A stretch of 64,000 nucleotides of DNA from Phoronis australis (taxonomy: Eukaryota; Animalia; Phoronida), in assembly GCA_002633005.1 (NCBI GenBank), contig NMRA01000014.1, positions 1,920,392 to 1,984,391 of the forward strand. Reading direction: 5' to 3'. Shown one piece after another: positions 13,925 through 27,608 of the stretch. Within the stretch, counting starts at the first letter, position 1; each line of letters opens with the position of its first letter. Under the pieces are notes generated by a model. It was not told where the DNA came from and made no database searches. It saw nothing but the letters and a program-made list of their open reading frames with translations. The position numbers and the translations under genes are program-made.

Positions 13925-14024
13925 AAATACAAAACACAACGAAGCCTCTTGCAAAGACGCTGTTATGTTTGATAATCCCATATTCGACTACCAACGAAAC
14001 CACAGCAAGGAGGAAAAGGTGTGA
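13925..14024 (+). CDS. Exon 4 (terminal) of the ShKT-mucin gene: cytoplasmic tail
   Basis: TTTTTCAG acceptor. Phase 2 matches exon 3. Encodes RNTKHNEASCKDAVMFDNPIFDYQRNHSKEEKV then TGA. Confidence 0.85.
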
Positions 14025-14259
14025 TGGAAAATTTTCCGCATAATCCGTCACGGACTTTTATAAAAAACACTTACTTATTATGTGTATTTCGTATGTGTAT
14101 GCACTATACGTTTAGCCTCAGATGCACTAAACTCAGGTACAGCACGCGAAATTCTTTTCTTGATCTCTGATAATGACCGGGATGATTTTGAAGCGTGTAT
14201 ACTGAGTCGTAACGTTCTCGTACACATCTTAACGCATTCTCTCAAAATCAACATTCGTG

Positions 14260-14590
14260 TAGCTGTTGGAGCGAAGACGATTTTTAATACTCACATAATA
14301 TGTAGATGTTGTCACCAGTTTCCGTTATCTCTATCCGTCATGTGTCCGGCCGTCTGGAGTCTAAACTTTATTTGCATTTGCTTTGATATCTACCACGTTC
14401 CTTGACCGACGTTCATCAAATTCGAAGCAGTTGGAGCGAAGGCGATTTTTAATGCTCACATATTTGCACATATATGTAAATGTTATCACCTGTTTCCGTC
14501 ATCTGCATCCGGGATTTGTCCGGCCGTCAGAAGTACATGGTTTACTTGCATTTGCTTTGATATCTATCACGTTCTTAAATGCACGTTCAA
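14260..14590 (+). repeat. Tandem duplication (~168 bp unit) in the presumed 3' UTR
   Basis: GTTGGAGCGAAG(A/G)CGATTTTTAAT...TTGCATTTGCTTTGATATCTA(C/T)CACGTTC occurs twice. The paralog has a single unit at about 59912-60045. Confidence 0.8.
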
Positions 14591-16285
14591 GAAATTCGAC
14601 ATATAAATTACTATCTCGGAGGCGAGGGCGCCTCGTTTCAGGTGAATTTGTCCAGTGAATTTTTTATCATAAATGTTAACTTTGTTTTTGTCAGCCGCCT
14701 CCCTCTCCTGTAAAGTGTGGCGAAACTGACGGGTGTGTTCCTGCTCAGGAGAGAATGTTTGAATGCAGTCCTACTGTGACACTAACGTACAATTCTGTAG
14801 TAGAAAACCTGTATCTTATCTCCCATGTGATATCTACCCAATCTACAATGTACCTACGTCATCGCGTCGAGTTGTGTTCGTTGCTTGTATTTTTTGTTCG
14901 ATCTACTGCTTCAACCTTGGCTATGTTAACTTTTTAGTCACACGTATAGACCGGCAGCCCAAAGCACTCAGCGTAGATGAACGATGTGCCAACACCTGAC
15001 CATACATGTAGGCGCAATTAGAGCACACATCAGGATATACAGAAATGGACGTGTGCCGTTGTTTGTACTTTAGGTGTGAACCCTGGGGACCGTACAGGGG
15101 GGCCAAAAATGAGATAGATTAGATATTTGAGGTACTGACCAAACCTGATTTAAAAAGGACAGTAGTACCGCACTGAACACCAAATGACCTATTACAGAAA
15201 AATTGCACTCTGGAATGGGTCCGGCAGAAACCAAAAAAGAACCCACTAAAAACGAGTTAGCTCATACATTCGAGGTACCACAAAGAACCAATTCGATGTT
15301 ATTCAATACATGTCACTGATCACTTTGTAGTTATCGCGCGCGCGGTAAAAAGTTAACAGCGACTAAAAGGTGTTGGAATTCTTCGCTAAAGTCACCTTAA
15401 TTCATGTAGCTATGCTTCATCTAAGATATGTATAGAAGCAGAAAGGTTCACTGAAGAAAGTAAGCACTTTTGTAAGTGTTAGTTTTAATTGTAAAATGTA
15501 TTTTTAAGGAGGTGAAAACTCTTAATCGGTGAGCGGATTTCGCCTAGGCCTAAAACACGTTTAAAATACACGGGAAGAAATTAGTACAGAAAGCGATGAG
15601 AAGTACATATTGTAGCCCCTAACCAGCCAACCGAGCGGCTAAGTGTTGCCTAATGTAAGGTTGAATTGCAAGTTTGAAGATTTGTGTTTTTTTGTATCGA
15701 AGGACGGATTTTGTAAAAACTTGTCTGGCGTTGCAAGTTATCGCCTGATGCCAAAATTATCGGCATTTAAATGCGCTCCGAAATTGAACACACGTCGTTC
15801 CTTGGAAGAAATTGAATTTTGATTATGCTGAATGTTTCGGGAATGGCAAAACGGCAACTTTTTGACCGTCTAATCGATATGTTTCGAAAAATATAGTTTA
15901 AAAAGCTTTTACTGACCCGTCCGTTAACATGGGAAACGCACATAATTAGTCCGTTTATTTTACCTCATTACTTAATCAGAATCATGGTGTACGAAACCGT
16001 GGACATACAGGTGTATTTTTCTCCCTCCGTCATCTAAAATAGAATTAGAAGATTGTTTTAGTCGTTGCAGTTCATTCAAATCGAAACTGAGCTTTAATTG
16101 ACATGTATTCTGAGTAGATTTATAATGCACAGCATCACCCTGAATGCTTAGGGGATTTTTGGTGAAAACTAGTCATTCCTAAAGCAAACGAATTTGGTCA
16201 AGAAACGGCTAACCTGATGTCTTCAGCCTTGAAGGTCTCAAAAGTTGTATGCGACGATCATTCTCTATCGTTAGTCTGCATTCTC

Positions 16286-16531
16286 CATAAGCGCATCCAG
16301 CCTAAGAAATGGGGGCTCGAATTTTTTGGGAATGTGGAGCTTTTACTAAAAAATAAAAAGGGGGTACGTTCTCAGATGTGAATTGTGCGTTCGTCGAATG
16401 GTAGTTCATGCCTTTTTAGTGGATTTTGTCTCGTTTTCTCATACTTTTTATTTCTCTGAGGCTCACCTTTTTGTACACTTTGTCTCGTTCTAGCACCCCC
16501 CGCTCCCCGAGCCTCCCTGGGTGCTTTTATG
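16286..16531 (-). mobile_element. MITE, CATGCGCGCACCCA-terminus family
   Basis: Reverse-orientation, diverged match to 19975-20232. Confidence 0.55.
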
Positions 16532-16599
16532 GGGCATACGTGAAATTGTTGGGGGGCCGAGGGAGTGGCAACCTGGGCTCATTTTACAAAGAACGAGGG

Positions 16600-19500
16600 G
16601 CCAAACACACTGAAATCAGTTTTGGTAGAAAGGAGTACAATCCAGTGGTTGTTGTTGACGGCAGTTATAAATATGTGCTGCAGCGTCAGACTGCTAAATA
16701 CCATGGGCCCATTGGGCAGAAATCTGATAGAGTCCAGCCTAAGGTAGAGAAAGTTGATCCGAAGGTGCTAATTCTCTTGGTCGAACAGTCCGTGGTACTC
16801 ATTTGCCAAATTAACCAATACTGCCATCCAATATAACACACGAATGAACGTCCTGTTCCCTGTCCTGCAAGACAACAAGAAGGCAGAAGCCAATGCCAAG
16901 GCCATTAACAGGTCATTGGCATAGTTTGGTTGCAAGTTCTACAACGCACTATACAAGAAGGCCGGGGGTCGGAAGCCGAGTCGAGAGATAAAAGCTCACC
17001 TTGGGACCAGACAATAAAGACCAACGAGCCGTTTTTACAAGTCGCAGTCCTTTCCCAGGGGCCCTCTTCACGCCATGAGAAGGGGGCGTCAACCACCACC
17101 ACCAGCCCTCACAGACCAGCGGGAAAAGCTCCCGACCACGTCGTGGTGGACCAGGCAAGGCCAGGTATGTACTTGCCAAACGCAATAACAGTGTCGGTAC
17201 AACCACCTATTGCCGAAGTGCAGGTTGCACACTAATCACTAGAAGTGCAAAGCCGGGACGTCCCACTAGACGTACTCGCAAGAATCTCACACACTAGCTT
17301 CCCACTTTGGGCATGTTTGCCCCTATTCCCTCAACATGCACAACGCCGCTAGGCGGACGACTCGCCCGATTTCTCCACAATTGGCGAAAGTTAACAAAGG
17401 ACACCTGGGTGCTACAGACTGTTCAGGGTTACGCGCTTGATCCTTTCGAACGACCAACTCAGGGGAAAATTTTCTGTCTCACATTTTCCAAAACGGAGAC
17501 AAAGCTCCTCACAGACGAAGTACAGGCTCTCCTGAACAAAGGTGCAATCGCTCCAGTAACACCCGTTGTCGATCAATTTGGTGGACACCTTTTCCTGCGA
17601 CCACTAAACAGGTTCATAATGTAACTTACGAACACTTCAAAATGGAAGGCATGACAACAGTGGTATCATTGATGCAACCAGGCGATTGGATGTGCACCAT
17701 AGAGCTAAAAGCCGCGTAATTCTGCGTCCCAATAGCACAGCAACACCGTTGTTACCTGCGATTTGTTTGGAACGTAACAATGTACGAGTTTCAGGTTTTC
17801 CTTTTCGGATTGAGCTCAGCCCCTCGAGTTTTCACAAAACTTTTGAAGCCGGCCATGGCATTCTTGCAAAGAATGGGTGTCAGACTGTTGATCTACCTCG
17901 ACTATATTATCATACTGAACGAATACAGAGACGACTTAGCAACTGACAGGAACTCGGCTCTCAGATGTTAGGGTTCGCCATAAATTGGGAGAAATCGCAA
18001 CTCTTGGGCAGTTAGACAGCAGAGTACCTGGGATTCGTTGTGGTAATTCAGAAATTGAACCTATCCTTGCCTGAAGGGAAAATAAAAAAGTGCTACACAA
18101 ATGCCAACAAATACTGGACCAAACAACGGTTACTGCCAGGGAACTGTCGCAGCTCATAGGACAGCAGCTCAGTGCATCCACTCTGGCAGTGTTACCAGCA
18201 CCCCTTCACTATTGACAACTGCGAATGCAGAAATCTCGCGCCCTCTTCAAGGGACGCCAAAACTACGGAACACAGCTCGAGTTAACACCGGAGTGCAAAG
18301 AGGAGATCCAATGGTGGCTACAGGTACATTACCTCCGACAATGGAATGGCAGGGCGATTATTACCTCTTCTTCTAACCTGATCATCACCACGGAGGCTTC
18401 GCAAAGGACTGGGGAGCGGAGTGCAACAAGATAACCACGCCGGATAATAATTACTGCGAATACCTACCAGGAAAGCAGAACGTCACAGCGGACAACCAAT
18501 CCAGAGTGTTCACAGACATGGGCAAGTGGATGCTTACCATGCCCGCTAGACAAAATGCGCGATCTCTTCGCAGACAGACTGACGTTCCAAACAACGAAGT
18601 TTGTCAGCTGGAAATCAGATTCCCAAGCAATAAGGGCGGATGCCTTCACATTGAACTGAAACAACATGAAGGCATATACTTTCCCGTCGTTTTGCCTCAT
18701 AAGCCGGTGTTTAGCCAAAGTGTACAAGGAAGAGGCCTCGTTGACACTAGTCCCTCCGGTGTGGCCAGGCCAACCATGGTAACCCATGCTCCATGAGCAT
18801 CAATTTTCCAATTCTGTTGCCACCTGCTCCTCGATTACTGACGTAACCCCAAGGGGACACCAATCCGCTAATCCTGGCCAACAGCCTAACTCTAGCAGCT
18901 TGGACAGTCTCGGGGGTCGAATTTTCAGAAGACGTTGAAACCTTGCTGCGTGAATCTCGTCGAGAAGGCACACGAGAAGCTTATGCAGGCACCTGGAAGA
19001 TATGGGATGCTGGTGTCATGAAGGGGCGGTTGATCCCTTTTTGGCAAATGTATCTGACTTTCTTGTAGTCCAGTTCCAAACAGGTATCGGGTATGCTACT
19101 ATGAATAACTACATGTACAGGCCATCCTTGTCGGCATACCACATGCCAATTGAAGGGACGCCAGTGGGCCAACACCCAGTCATTAAACACCTCTTGCGAG
19201 GAATGTTTAACAACACCCCCCCCCCTTCCAGACAAGGTACACCACCACCAATGTGAATGGAGTCTTGCCATACACAGCATCGTTGAAAGACAATGAAGAA
19301 CTGTCACTGAACGAATTGTCCAAGAAACTATCAATGCTGTAAGCGTTGACTACAATTGCCAGAGACTCGGGCTTGCACAAAATCAACCCCACGCTAATAA
19401 CTGACTTTGGGCACAAGATCGACATTTCCATTGCGGGGCTGACTAAAACCAAAGGACCTAACAGGCCTTTCTTAACTTTTTTCATTGTGCTCTTTTAATG

Positions 19501-19830
19501 ATAACGAAAAGCTATTTGCGGTTAACTGCCTTAGAACACATTTGAATAAAACAGCAAATTTGAGAGTCACTTGAGATCAAATGAACCACCTATTTCTGAG
19601 TTACATCAGACCTCATTAGGTTGTGATGTCTAGTTCCATTGCGCGATGGCTCAAAGAGATTACGGCTTTAGCTGGAATTGATATCTCAAATTTCAAAGTG
19701 CGTTCAACTAGAGCTGCTTCAGTTTCAAATGCCAGGCAGTTAGGGGCCTCTGCACAGCAGATACATCTTGTGCCAATTTGGCCAATGTTAACACTTTCAA
19801 TAAATTCGCAGTAGTTATCATGGTTGCATT
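16600..19830 (+). mobile_element. Degenerate DIRS1-like (tyrosine recombinase) retrotransposon
   Basis: Ordered fragments: gag-like (LLNTMGPL, VEQSVVLI); RT (LGGRLARFLHNW, EHFKMEG, YEFQVFLFGLSSAPRVFTKLLKP, YLDY); RNase H start; MT-like region (DLFA, DAF, WPGQPW); YR (SLSAYHMPIEGTPVGQHPVIKHLLRGMFN, SIARWLK...AGIDISNFKVRSTRAAS). Many stops and frameshifts. Confidence 0.9.
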
Positions 19831-19974
19831 CTGCACCAGAATGCTTGCGCACCAGCCATCCGAAATTCCGCACGCATCTTTTGCCAAAAAAGGAAAGGCA
19901 GAATATAGTTTGGGTAACCAACTAAATTCCTTAGAGAAGAGAAAATCATACTCACTCATAAAGTTGTGCACGCT

Positions 19975-20232
19975 CATGGGCGCACCCATGGTTGTGGGCT
20001 CGGAGGCCTTGAATGAGCCCCCCAATTTGGCGAATTTGGGCAAAATGGTCCGCTCCAGTGAAACAAAGTCCGAGTAAACGACACAAAAGTCCACGAAGCC
20101 AACAGGAATGCGCAATGCGTAGGCCTGAACCTAGTGGCCGCGTTTTTTTAGTCCTCGTTGATTTTTTTCAGTAAAAGGTCCGCATACCGAAAATTTCGAG
20201 CCCCCCTATATTTTAGGCTGCGTGCGCGCATG
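19975..20232 (+). mobile_element. MITE, CATGCGCGCACCCA-terminus family
   Basis: TIRs CATGGGCGCACCCA / TGCGTGCGCGCATG. At least five related copies in the window. Confidence 0.75.
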
Positions 20233-20382
20233 ACACTGTCGACCTCCCTCAACAACAAACGTAGGCAGTGCTTCCAACGAAACCCCTTAGTATATTATTA
20301 TATTAACTCATAACGTGTTATCGTAGTGTGCTCCTTAATTAACGAACATATTTACACGTCTCCACCACCATTCAGAACTTAA

Positions 20383-23300
20383 GTATCAGTCCACGGATCC
20401 ACCGACCACTGTACAGCCAACAAGCGGCAAGGTGGGGGGTCAGCCATTCAGATCCATGTTTAGTCTGATAAATCACATTAGGGATGAGAGAAATTGGGTG
20501 AAGTACGACACCACAAAGTTTGGTGGTTTAGGAGATACAAGGGAAGTGTTCTTGGGGGCAAAATGAGGCAATTTCTTGGTGTGGGATGAGTCATCGTTTT
20601 GACCAAATTTTCTACTCCAGTTTCTGCTTCAAACAGAATCGTTTCTGAACAATTTTGATATCACATGATAGGTTCATGACCAATGTCAGTAAAAACGGCA
20701 CCGACACTGCAATATCGGTTACCATGGTAACGATGGAACTGTTTCCGTGGAGGTACATTTCCTTCTTGTGAAAAACCAGCAGTAAGTTGTACCCTTATAG
20801 CGAAGCTGCCCCCGCGAGAAAACTAAAAATAATAACATGGACATGTAGAAGACACCATGCCCTTGAAATTAATATAATAAAAACTTTGTCAGCCCTTCAG
20901 GCAGGCTTGGTAGTAGGTGTCTGAATTTCACTATTTTCAGACCGCGTATGTATATTTGTCATTAAACCAGTCACTAGAAGTGCGCCGTTTCTACGCATTA
21001 ATATGCCGTGGTATAATACAACAATTAAAAGAATTGGTTTGCTTAAATGTTTTTAATTAATTTTAAGGACACTAGCATTTCCCACTAAAATATGAAATTA
21101 TACTAAATTTGTACATCCAACTCGTCTGAATACCAAACTAAAGCTTACAATGCGTTAGTTGAATGATGGCTGACCTAAAGTGCTGGGTTATCTATTTATC
21201 TGGCACTGCCAGTCGCATCGAATGTGGTATTTCTACAAATGTCGGAGAGAAACAACTTTGGAAACTCTTGGGAAATGCACAAGGTATAGAGCGAGACATT
21301 TGAGCACCATATAAGAGTACGGTGGAGCTGACGTGGAGGTGGAACGTGTCCTCGTGAGAAGTAGTCTGTCTCAGCGTCTGCCTCGGTCTCGGAGGCAGGT
21401 GTGCAGCAGGAGCTACATAATCTGCCGTATAAGATTCACTTGCCCGAATCATCGTTACAACACTCGAGATATATTACTGTCGCCAAAGACACTGAGAACA
21501 TCCACTGCACACTAGAGGAGAAATCTGATAGAGCCTGATAGAGGTCTGAAAAATGACCAAAGACGTTAAGTCAAGGTTAACGTCCTGCTTCGTGTGAGCT
21601 CAGGTAGGAATCACGAAACTCCAGCGTCTGACCCTGAGGAATATTTTTAGATGCACGTCATTCATGCAAAAATACTTTTATTGACTCACCGTGGTTGCTT
21701 ATAACTTGGGCCTTATTACTTAATCATATCTTATTCAAATGTGTTGATGTTTATGCAACTACATGTATACATAGGCATAGAAAATAGGTAGTCATCATAA
21801 CTTTTCATAACAACCACCAAATGTGTAACAAGACTTCTGCCCATGAACTACTTTTAGAGACTGGGAATATGTTATGTCTGGCAATGAATTTCTGCGATTG
21901 AAGTTAATTAAACATGCTAAAGTCGTCAAAAATATTGGTGCCTTCACTTTAGCTCGGTATTCATATTTTCTGAGCCGAAATGGTCACATTAAATTCAATA
22001 TGTTTTATTTTTTCATTAATACAATTTTAGGAATCAGGAAAGGCTTATGCTGAAGAAGTGGCTTCTGCTGAAGTTGGAGACTTGCCGATTATTAGCAAAG
22101 GTTGGGTATGGAAAAGTTCACAACCAGCAAGAAGGCTGTACCCTTCTGGACAACTAAGTGAGGGGGCTAGAGAGGGGCCGTAAAGTCTACTCCCAGAAGA
22201 AATGTCAAAGAGAATTTGTAGCTTGAGGAACGAGTCGGGGAAAAAGTATTTGCCAAAGATTACTGGCTTATACCACAACAGGTCCAAAGTAATTTGTTAA
22301 GATAGGCCACTCTCAGCAAATGTGGGGAAACTGGGACAGAGGAAGTGGAGTATGCATTGAAAGAGGCAATCTGCGATTGTCAAGGATTTAGCATTGTAAA
22401 AATTCAAAGGGAGGAAACAGTACAGTGGCTGGACCTGTAAATACTCTGGCTGATCTGCTAAATCCAGTGGGGGCATTATTGTATCAGCACAGCTGTGTAG
22501 GGAAGTAGGCTTGTGTGTTGTCGCAAGCTTTGTTTGAACCAGAACTGCTTGTGTGAACAGCACAAATCTAAAATTTACCTAGTCTAAGACTGAATTTTTG
22601 TCCAGGCACTGATCATGATCCTGAGCCACATGGTAATGTTGCATTGTTCATTTTGTTTAGGCACTGGATTTTTTGGTCTGACAGGATTTCTCAGTGTGGC
22701 CATCACATTTAGATGATTTCTGACCACTGTACTGTTCCTTTTCCTTGAAGATGCGTAATTGATCTGAATTTATGTTTCCGCAATTTATTTACCATTATAG
22801 ATTTTTGTTTGTAAATGGGTATATATTATTGAAATTTGAGACCCTGTTGCACTTAGGCTGGTTTCGTTAACTTATCTCTCTACCTGGGTTGCAAACCCAT
22901 ATTCTGTCAAGGAGGTAATAAGTTTTGATTTAGACCATTTACCTCTATAAACTTTGCTCAGTTTGTTCCTTATCCAGATGGGAAGTGATTTCTGGAATTG
23001 TAGCGAATTGACAGTTTGCTATTCCTTGAGACCATGCTGTGTGTACAAAATTACACACTATTAGTCTGGTCTCTAGCAATTGCATATTGCCAGATCTTTC
23101 AAAGTTCTGAAATTTCTCAAAAGTGACCTGGAAGTAATACCTATTTCGTGATGGTAAAATGTCTAAATCAAAAGTTGTTTTATGTGATTTTAGGCAAGTT
23201 TATGTCCACTTCAAATGATTTTTTGTTGCAGTACTGAAAAGTATTGGCACATTAGGTCTGGTGGCTCCTTGTTTTTTTGGCGAATTAACCATTTTATGGT

Positions 23301-25390
23301 TCCCATGGGTAATTTTGTTACTGGTCCAGTATGTATGTACAACTGTTATTGTAGGGTAATTGTAATGCAAACCACGTTGCAAAAGTATTTTTTCATGACC
23401 ATTTCATCGTAAAATGCTGCCTAATTGGAACCGACAAGCCAATTTTTCATTTTGTGGTAGTTGGTTTTGATAAGAACATGGATGTGGTAAATACAGCTAC
23501 CTCAAGTTTGTGAAATAGAGATTTCCAGTGTTGTCAGCGATATTGCGAAATCACTTCTTCGCAGTGAGACTACATCACCTTAAATATAATTATGGGCTTT
23601 GTGTGGTTGACTCTGTCCTGTAGCAATTAGAGTGTTGAAAATATCTGGAAGGCAATTTTTTATTAGAGTCATAACATTTGCACTTTGCATTGTGTTACGA
23701 AAACATATTTTGTAGTACACAAGTCTCTGGTTGGTATTTTATATTGTTCACAAGGAATATTTTCAACTTAGATGAGTTGTCTGTGAGGTACGCAATTTTC
23801 AAATAAGATAATGAATAAAATTGTCAAACATTGTTTTATTTTTTAGATGTGTGATCTTCCAATAAGTGATTACTTTTTAAAAACCTGTGCAGAATTTGAT
23901 TTTTACTCTTCATTTAAAGGAGAATAAATCCATAAACCTGCATTGTCTAGAAATTTTACTCAAATTACATATTACAGGGTTGGGGATTGGAATCTGAATA
24001 TAACAGAGTCTGAACCCGTACCATAAGCAATACAACACAATATACACGGATATAAAAAATTGGTGTTTAGGTTCCACGGAAAGGATTCGTGTGCGCGGTA
24101 ATAGGTACTAAGGTGCGTGGTCATTGTTTGCGGATACTTTGGGATTCCTCTTCTGTGGTCGTCCACGGGAAACCTGGTCGCATAGAGAACAATAGATTAG
24201 CATCTTCATTGTTCCCGTTGTTACAATAAACATATAATGACGAGCACTTATCGGCAACGGTCTGATGTACGCAAGATTCCATATCCATGCGACCTGTGTT
24301 GTTATATCCAACAATGACACAACAAAGGAAAACAATGATAGGACCGATGGGAGAAAAACAGGCGACGAGTTGCCACGGACAGTGGTGGAGTTTGTCTTGT
24401 CATTCGAATGTTTTTAGAGAACTGCAAACCCGGTATTTCGTCAGGAAAATTTCTGCGGTCTTTTGTTTTAAGTCGTGGGAAAAATTGCGGTCATGCCACC
24501 AAACTTATCATTCATTTGATATTACAATGCATTGCATGAACATTTGATCAACAGAAAATCTGACTTGAATATGTGTGAAGAAATACCCATGAGGAAATTG
24601 CAAAGTAAAACAACTGTAAATCAAAGTAAGCTACATTTGTCGAGTTCATGTCTAACCCTGTTCACTGTGGAGGACACAATCGGCTTTTTACAAAATGGAG
24701 TTATGTATGGTATTTAGGGGTACTATAGCCTTAAGTGATCAGTAGTAAAACGTTCAAAACATTGAGGAGGAACTAACTTGTTGCAAAATATCGAAAAACA
24801 TGAAGGGCAATCGGATTTTACGGTGCTCACGCATCGATCTCAGATATATGAAAATTTCGCATTTTAGTACATTTGAGGTGCCAAAATGTATAACTAATAA
24901 ACTGGCTGACAAATTTTTTATATTATGCAATGCAAGTAACGTGTTTTGTCAATATTTTGGCTAAGTTTGATTCTCATAACAGTGGGGGCAGATTTAGTAC
25001 AGCAGTGTACTGAACACAACCTCAAAATGGCATAACGGGGGGCAGTGTAGTAAAACTACTAAATGAGGGTGGTAAATCGGAATCGTGTTTCAAGACATCT
25101 GCGTAACAATCTATACGCTCCAATAAACAATGCCAAGTGAATAATAAATCAATAACTTTCATTCAAGGAAAAATATGAACAGTTAAAACTGGACAGTTTT
25201 TATACCGTGAAAACATGGCTGCGAAGCCGTAAAATGTGTTTGAACCTATAACTTAAGAAAAACGCAATATTTTGAAGAAATATTTTACCGCTGTTTATAG
25301 GTCCCATAGGACTACATATGTGCCAAATTTGGTGAAAATCGGCTTACCCCCACCTTGCCGCTCATGGTTGGTGCTCTCGTGGACTAGTAC
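20383..25390 (+). mobile_element. TTAA-flanked DNA transposon relic with imperfect TIRs and transposase-like fragments (possibly Sola3-like)
   Basis: TTAA at 20379-82 and 25391-94. Left end GTATCAGTCCACG...GCGGCAAGGTGGGGG matches the reverse complement of the right end. Decayed coding relics at about 21200-21500 (KCTRYRARHL, FTCPNHR) and 22030-22300 (KGWVWK, F..DYWLIPQQVQS). Confidence 0.45.
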
Positions 25391-27332
25391 TTAATTGTAA
25401 TAAGAAAAGAAATAGCCGTATCAGTCGTATTATCTGTTCCTCTGATATCATGCTAAGAACACTCCTATAGGACACTCACATTCAATTCGTCAGGGATGGG
25501 CATAGAAGCATTTATGAAATAAACGTTTGGAAGCTGTTTATATTTGGATCTTCGATGAATTTGCTCTATTATATCTTCATTTTACATTGCACCTGGAAAT
25601 CCAAAAAGCTGAGAAAAACAACAACAAACAAAGGCAATTCTTTGTAAATGATTCATTTACGATTTTCATATCAAAACTGGTCACACTCATTGTCAACAAC
25701 TGTTAGTTTGAGCTATCAATTTTAAAAATAATAAATTGAAAATAGCTCACAGATGGTTGAAAAATAAGCATTCACGACGCTTCTTCTCTTACATGTACAT
25801 GTTAAGATAGAGTCGTCACAATAGGCACGATTTCATACTTCAAGCGATCTAAATATTTTGGTAACGCCGTCGGAAATAACACATATCTTTGCAAAAGCTA
25901 AAGAATTTCAACTTGGATCACGCACTTAACGACACTTGAGTTTATACGAAAAGAAAACAGAAAATATCAACACAAATTAGAGAACTAGTGTTCGGAAACT
26001 GGATTTCGTGATTTAATAGCTGACATCCTCAATAGCGAATCTACAAGAAAATCTGTTATTTCCCGTTTCCCGAATAAATGGAAATGGAGGGGGGAGGGCA
26101 AACTAATTTGAATTCGCGAAACGCTTGCCCCCCCATGGTCCCAAATTTCAGATTTCTCCCTAGCGCACCACCTTTTGAATTTCTGGTCCTCGCCACTTTC
26201 GTCCATCCCACCGTCATAGTTGAGTTGACTCTACTGTAAGGGGGACAAATCCAGGCAGGCAAATTTCACGCAAACTGGTCACTAGACCTCATGTGAACAC
26301 GTTAAAAGCCTTACGGGTTTAGGATGCGATTTTTACTTTAGCAATAATCTTACTGATTTTACTTCCGAAATCTCTTTTGAAGGAATAGTAGTACTAACGT
26401 AACAAACTCGTACCATGGGCTGCTAAATGCGTTAATTATCTTTGAGCGAATGAAAACCGGGAAATCTGCAGAATCAGGTGAAATTACTTTAGATTTTTAT
26501 AAATTTTGTGCCCATGTATTAAGTCTTTAGTGATCAGTTTGTTTAATCGTATTTGGACAGTGACACTTATTCCACTCGGTGTACTGTACAAAGGGGGCAC
26601 AGAGAACTACTCTACCAACCTTAGTGGGAATTAGTGCAACATGGTCAACAATTGAACGGAAGAAATAGGAACGATATCAGAAGCTCAAACTGGCTTTGGA
26701 AAAGGTTATTCCCTTGTAGACATTTTAGTTTTTCACACATTAATAACTAAGTATTTGGAGACGTTGGTTCAGATTTTATTGTCTTTCCAAGAGAGCCTTT
26801 GAATGGGTTTGGAGATACCAATGGCTTAAATTACACTTACAAGGTTCTTTGATACACCATTAGTGGAAATACATAGAATATTTGAATGGTATGAAATCAT
26901 CTCAGTATCTAGCAGAGACTTAGCATTTTTACTCCAATGAGATTTAATTATTTTTCTGAAATAGTTATGTGGAGCGTAAGACAAACTCTCTGATAAAAGT
27001 CTCAAGTCATTTTTCGAACATAGACTATAACAATGGTCATGGCCTTGGTCTCAAAATATCAATTTTGAGTAAGAAACAATTTGGGACCGGAGGATTCGTC
27101 GACAAGCGGGGTAAGGAGTGAAAATGGTGACAACCGGGGGAGGGGTCAAAGTCTCCTACGCCTATGGTCGGACAGAGCTACTGTACGTCATCCTCCCAAA
27201 CATCCAAGTCCAGATGAGCCCATGCAATTTCAAAACGGTAACTGCTATAAATTAAAAATCAGTGTTTTTGCCAGAAAGCAACAAAAAGCAGCTTCTGTGA
27301 GTAAATGCAATTGAAGCAGTGAACGGTGCCAT

Positions 27333-27608
27333 CAGGGTTTCCTTCATGAAAAGTGATATCTGGTTTCACGCTCCACACAACTACATGTATTTCTGAAAAA
27401 ATAGCTAAATCTCACTTAAGCAAAAGGGCGAAATATTTGAGAACATGCTCAAAATTGCTAGTAACTGAGATGTTGTCTAAAAGTTATTTCTACATTGTAA
27501 TGCACTCATAATTACTTGGTGAAAACTTTCGTCAGCAACTGCCAAGTGGGAGCATGAAACCAAATCTCTGTCTTATGTTTCAAGTCATTTTCATGAAACA
27601 AACCCCTG
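27333..27608. mobile_element. MITE with imperfect TIRs (PIF/Harbinger-like ends)
   Basis: CAGGGTTTCCTTCATGAAAA / TTTTCATGAAACAAACCCCTG. Related ends (TTTCATGAAAC...GCCCTG) near 28891-28911 and 34487-34505. Confidence 0.45.

Noticed and set aside
16286-20232. Inverted repeats flanking the DIRS relic as its ITRs or a composite transposon
   Set aside because: They are diverged copies of a dispersed MITE found at least five times in the window, and there is no shared TSD.
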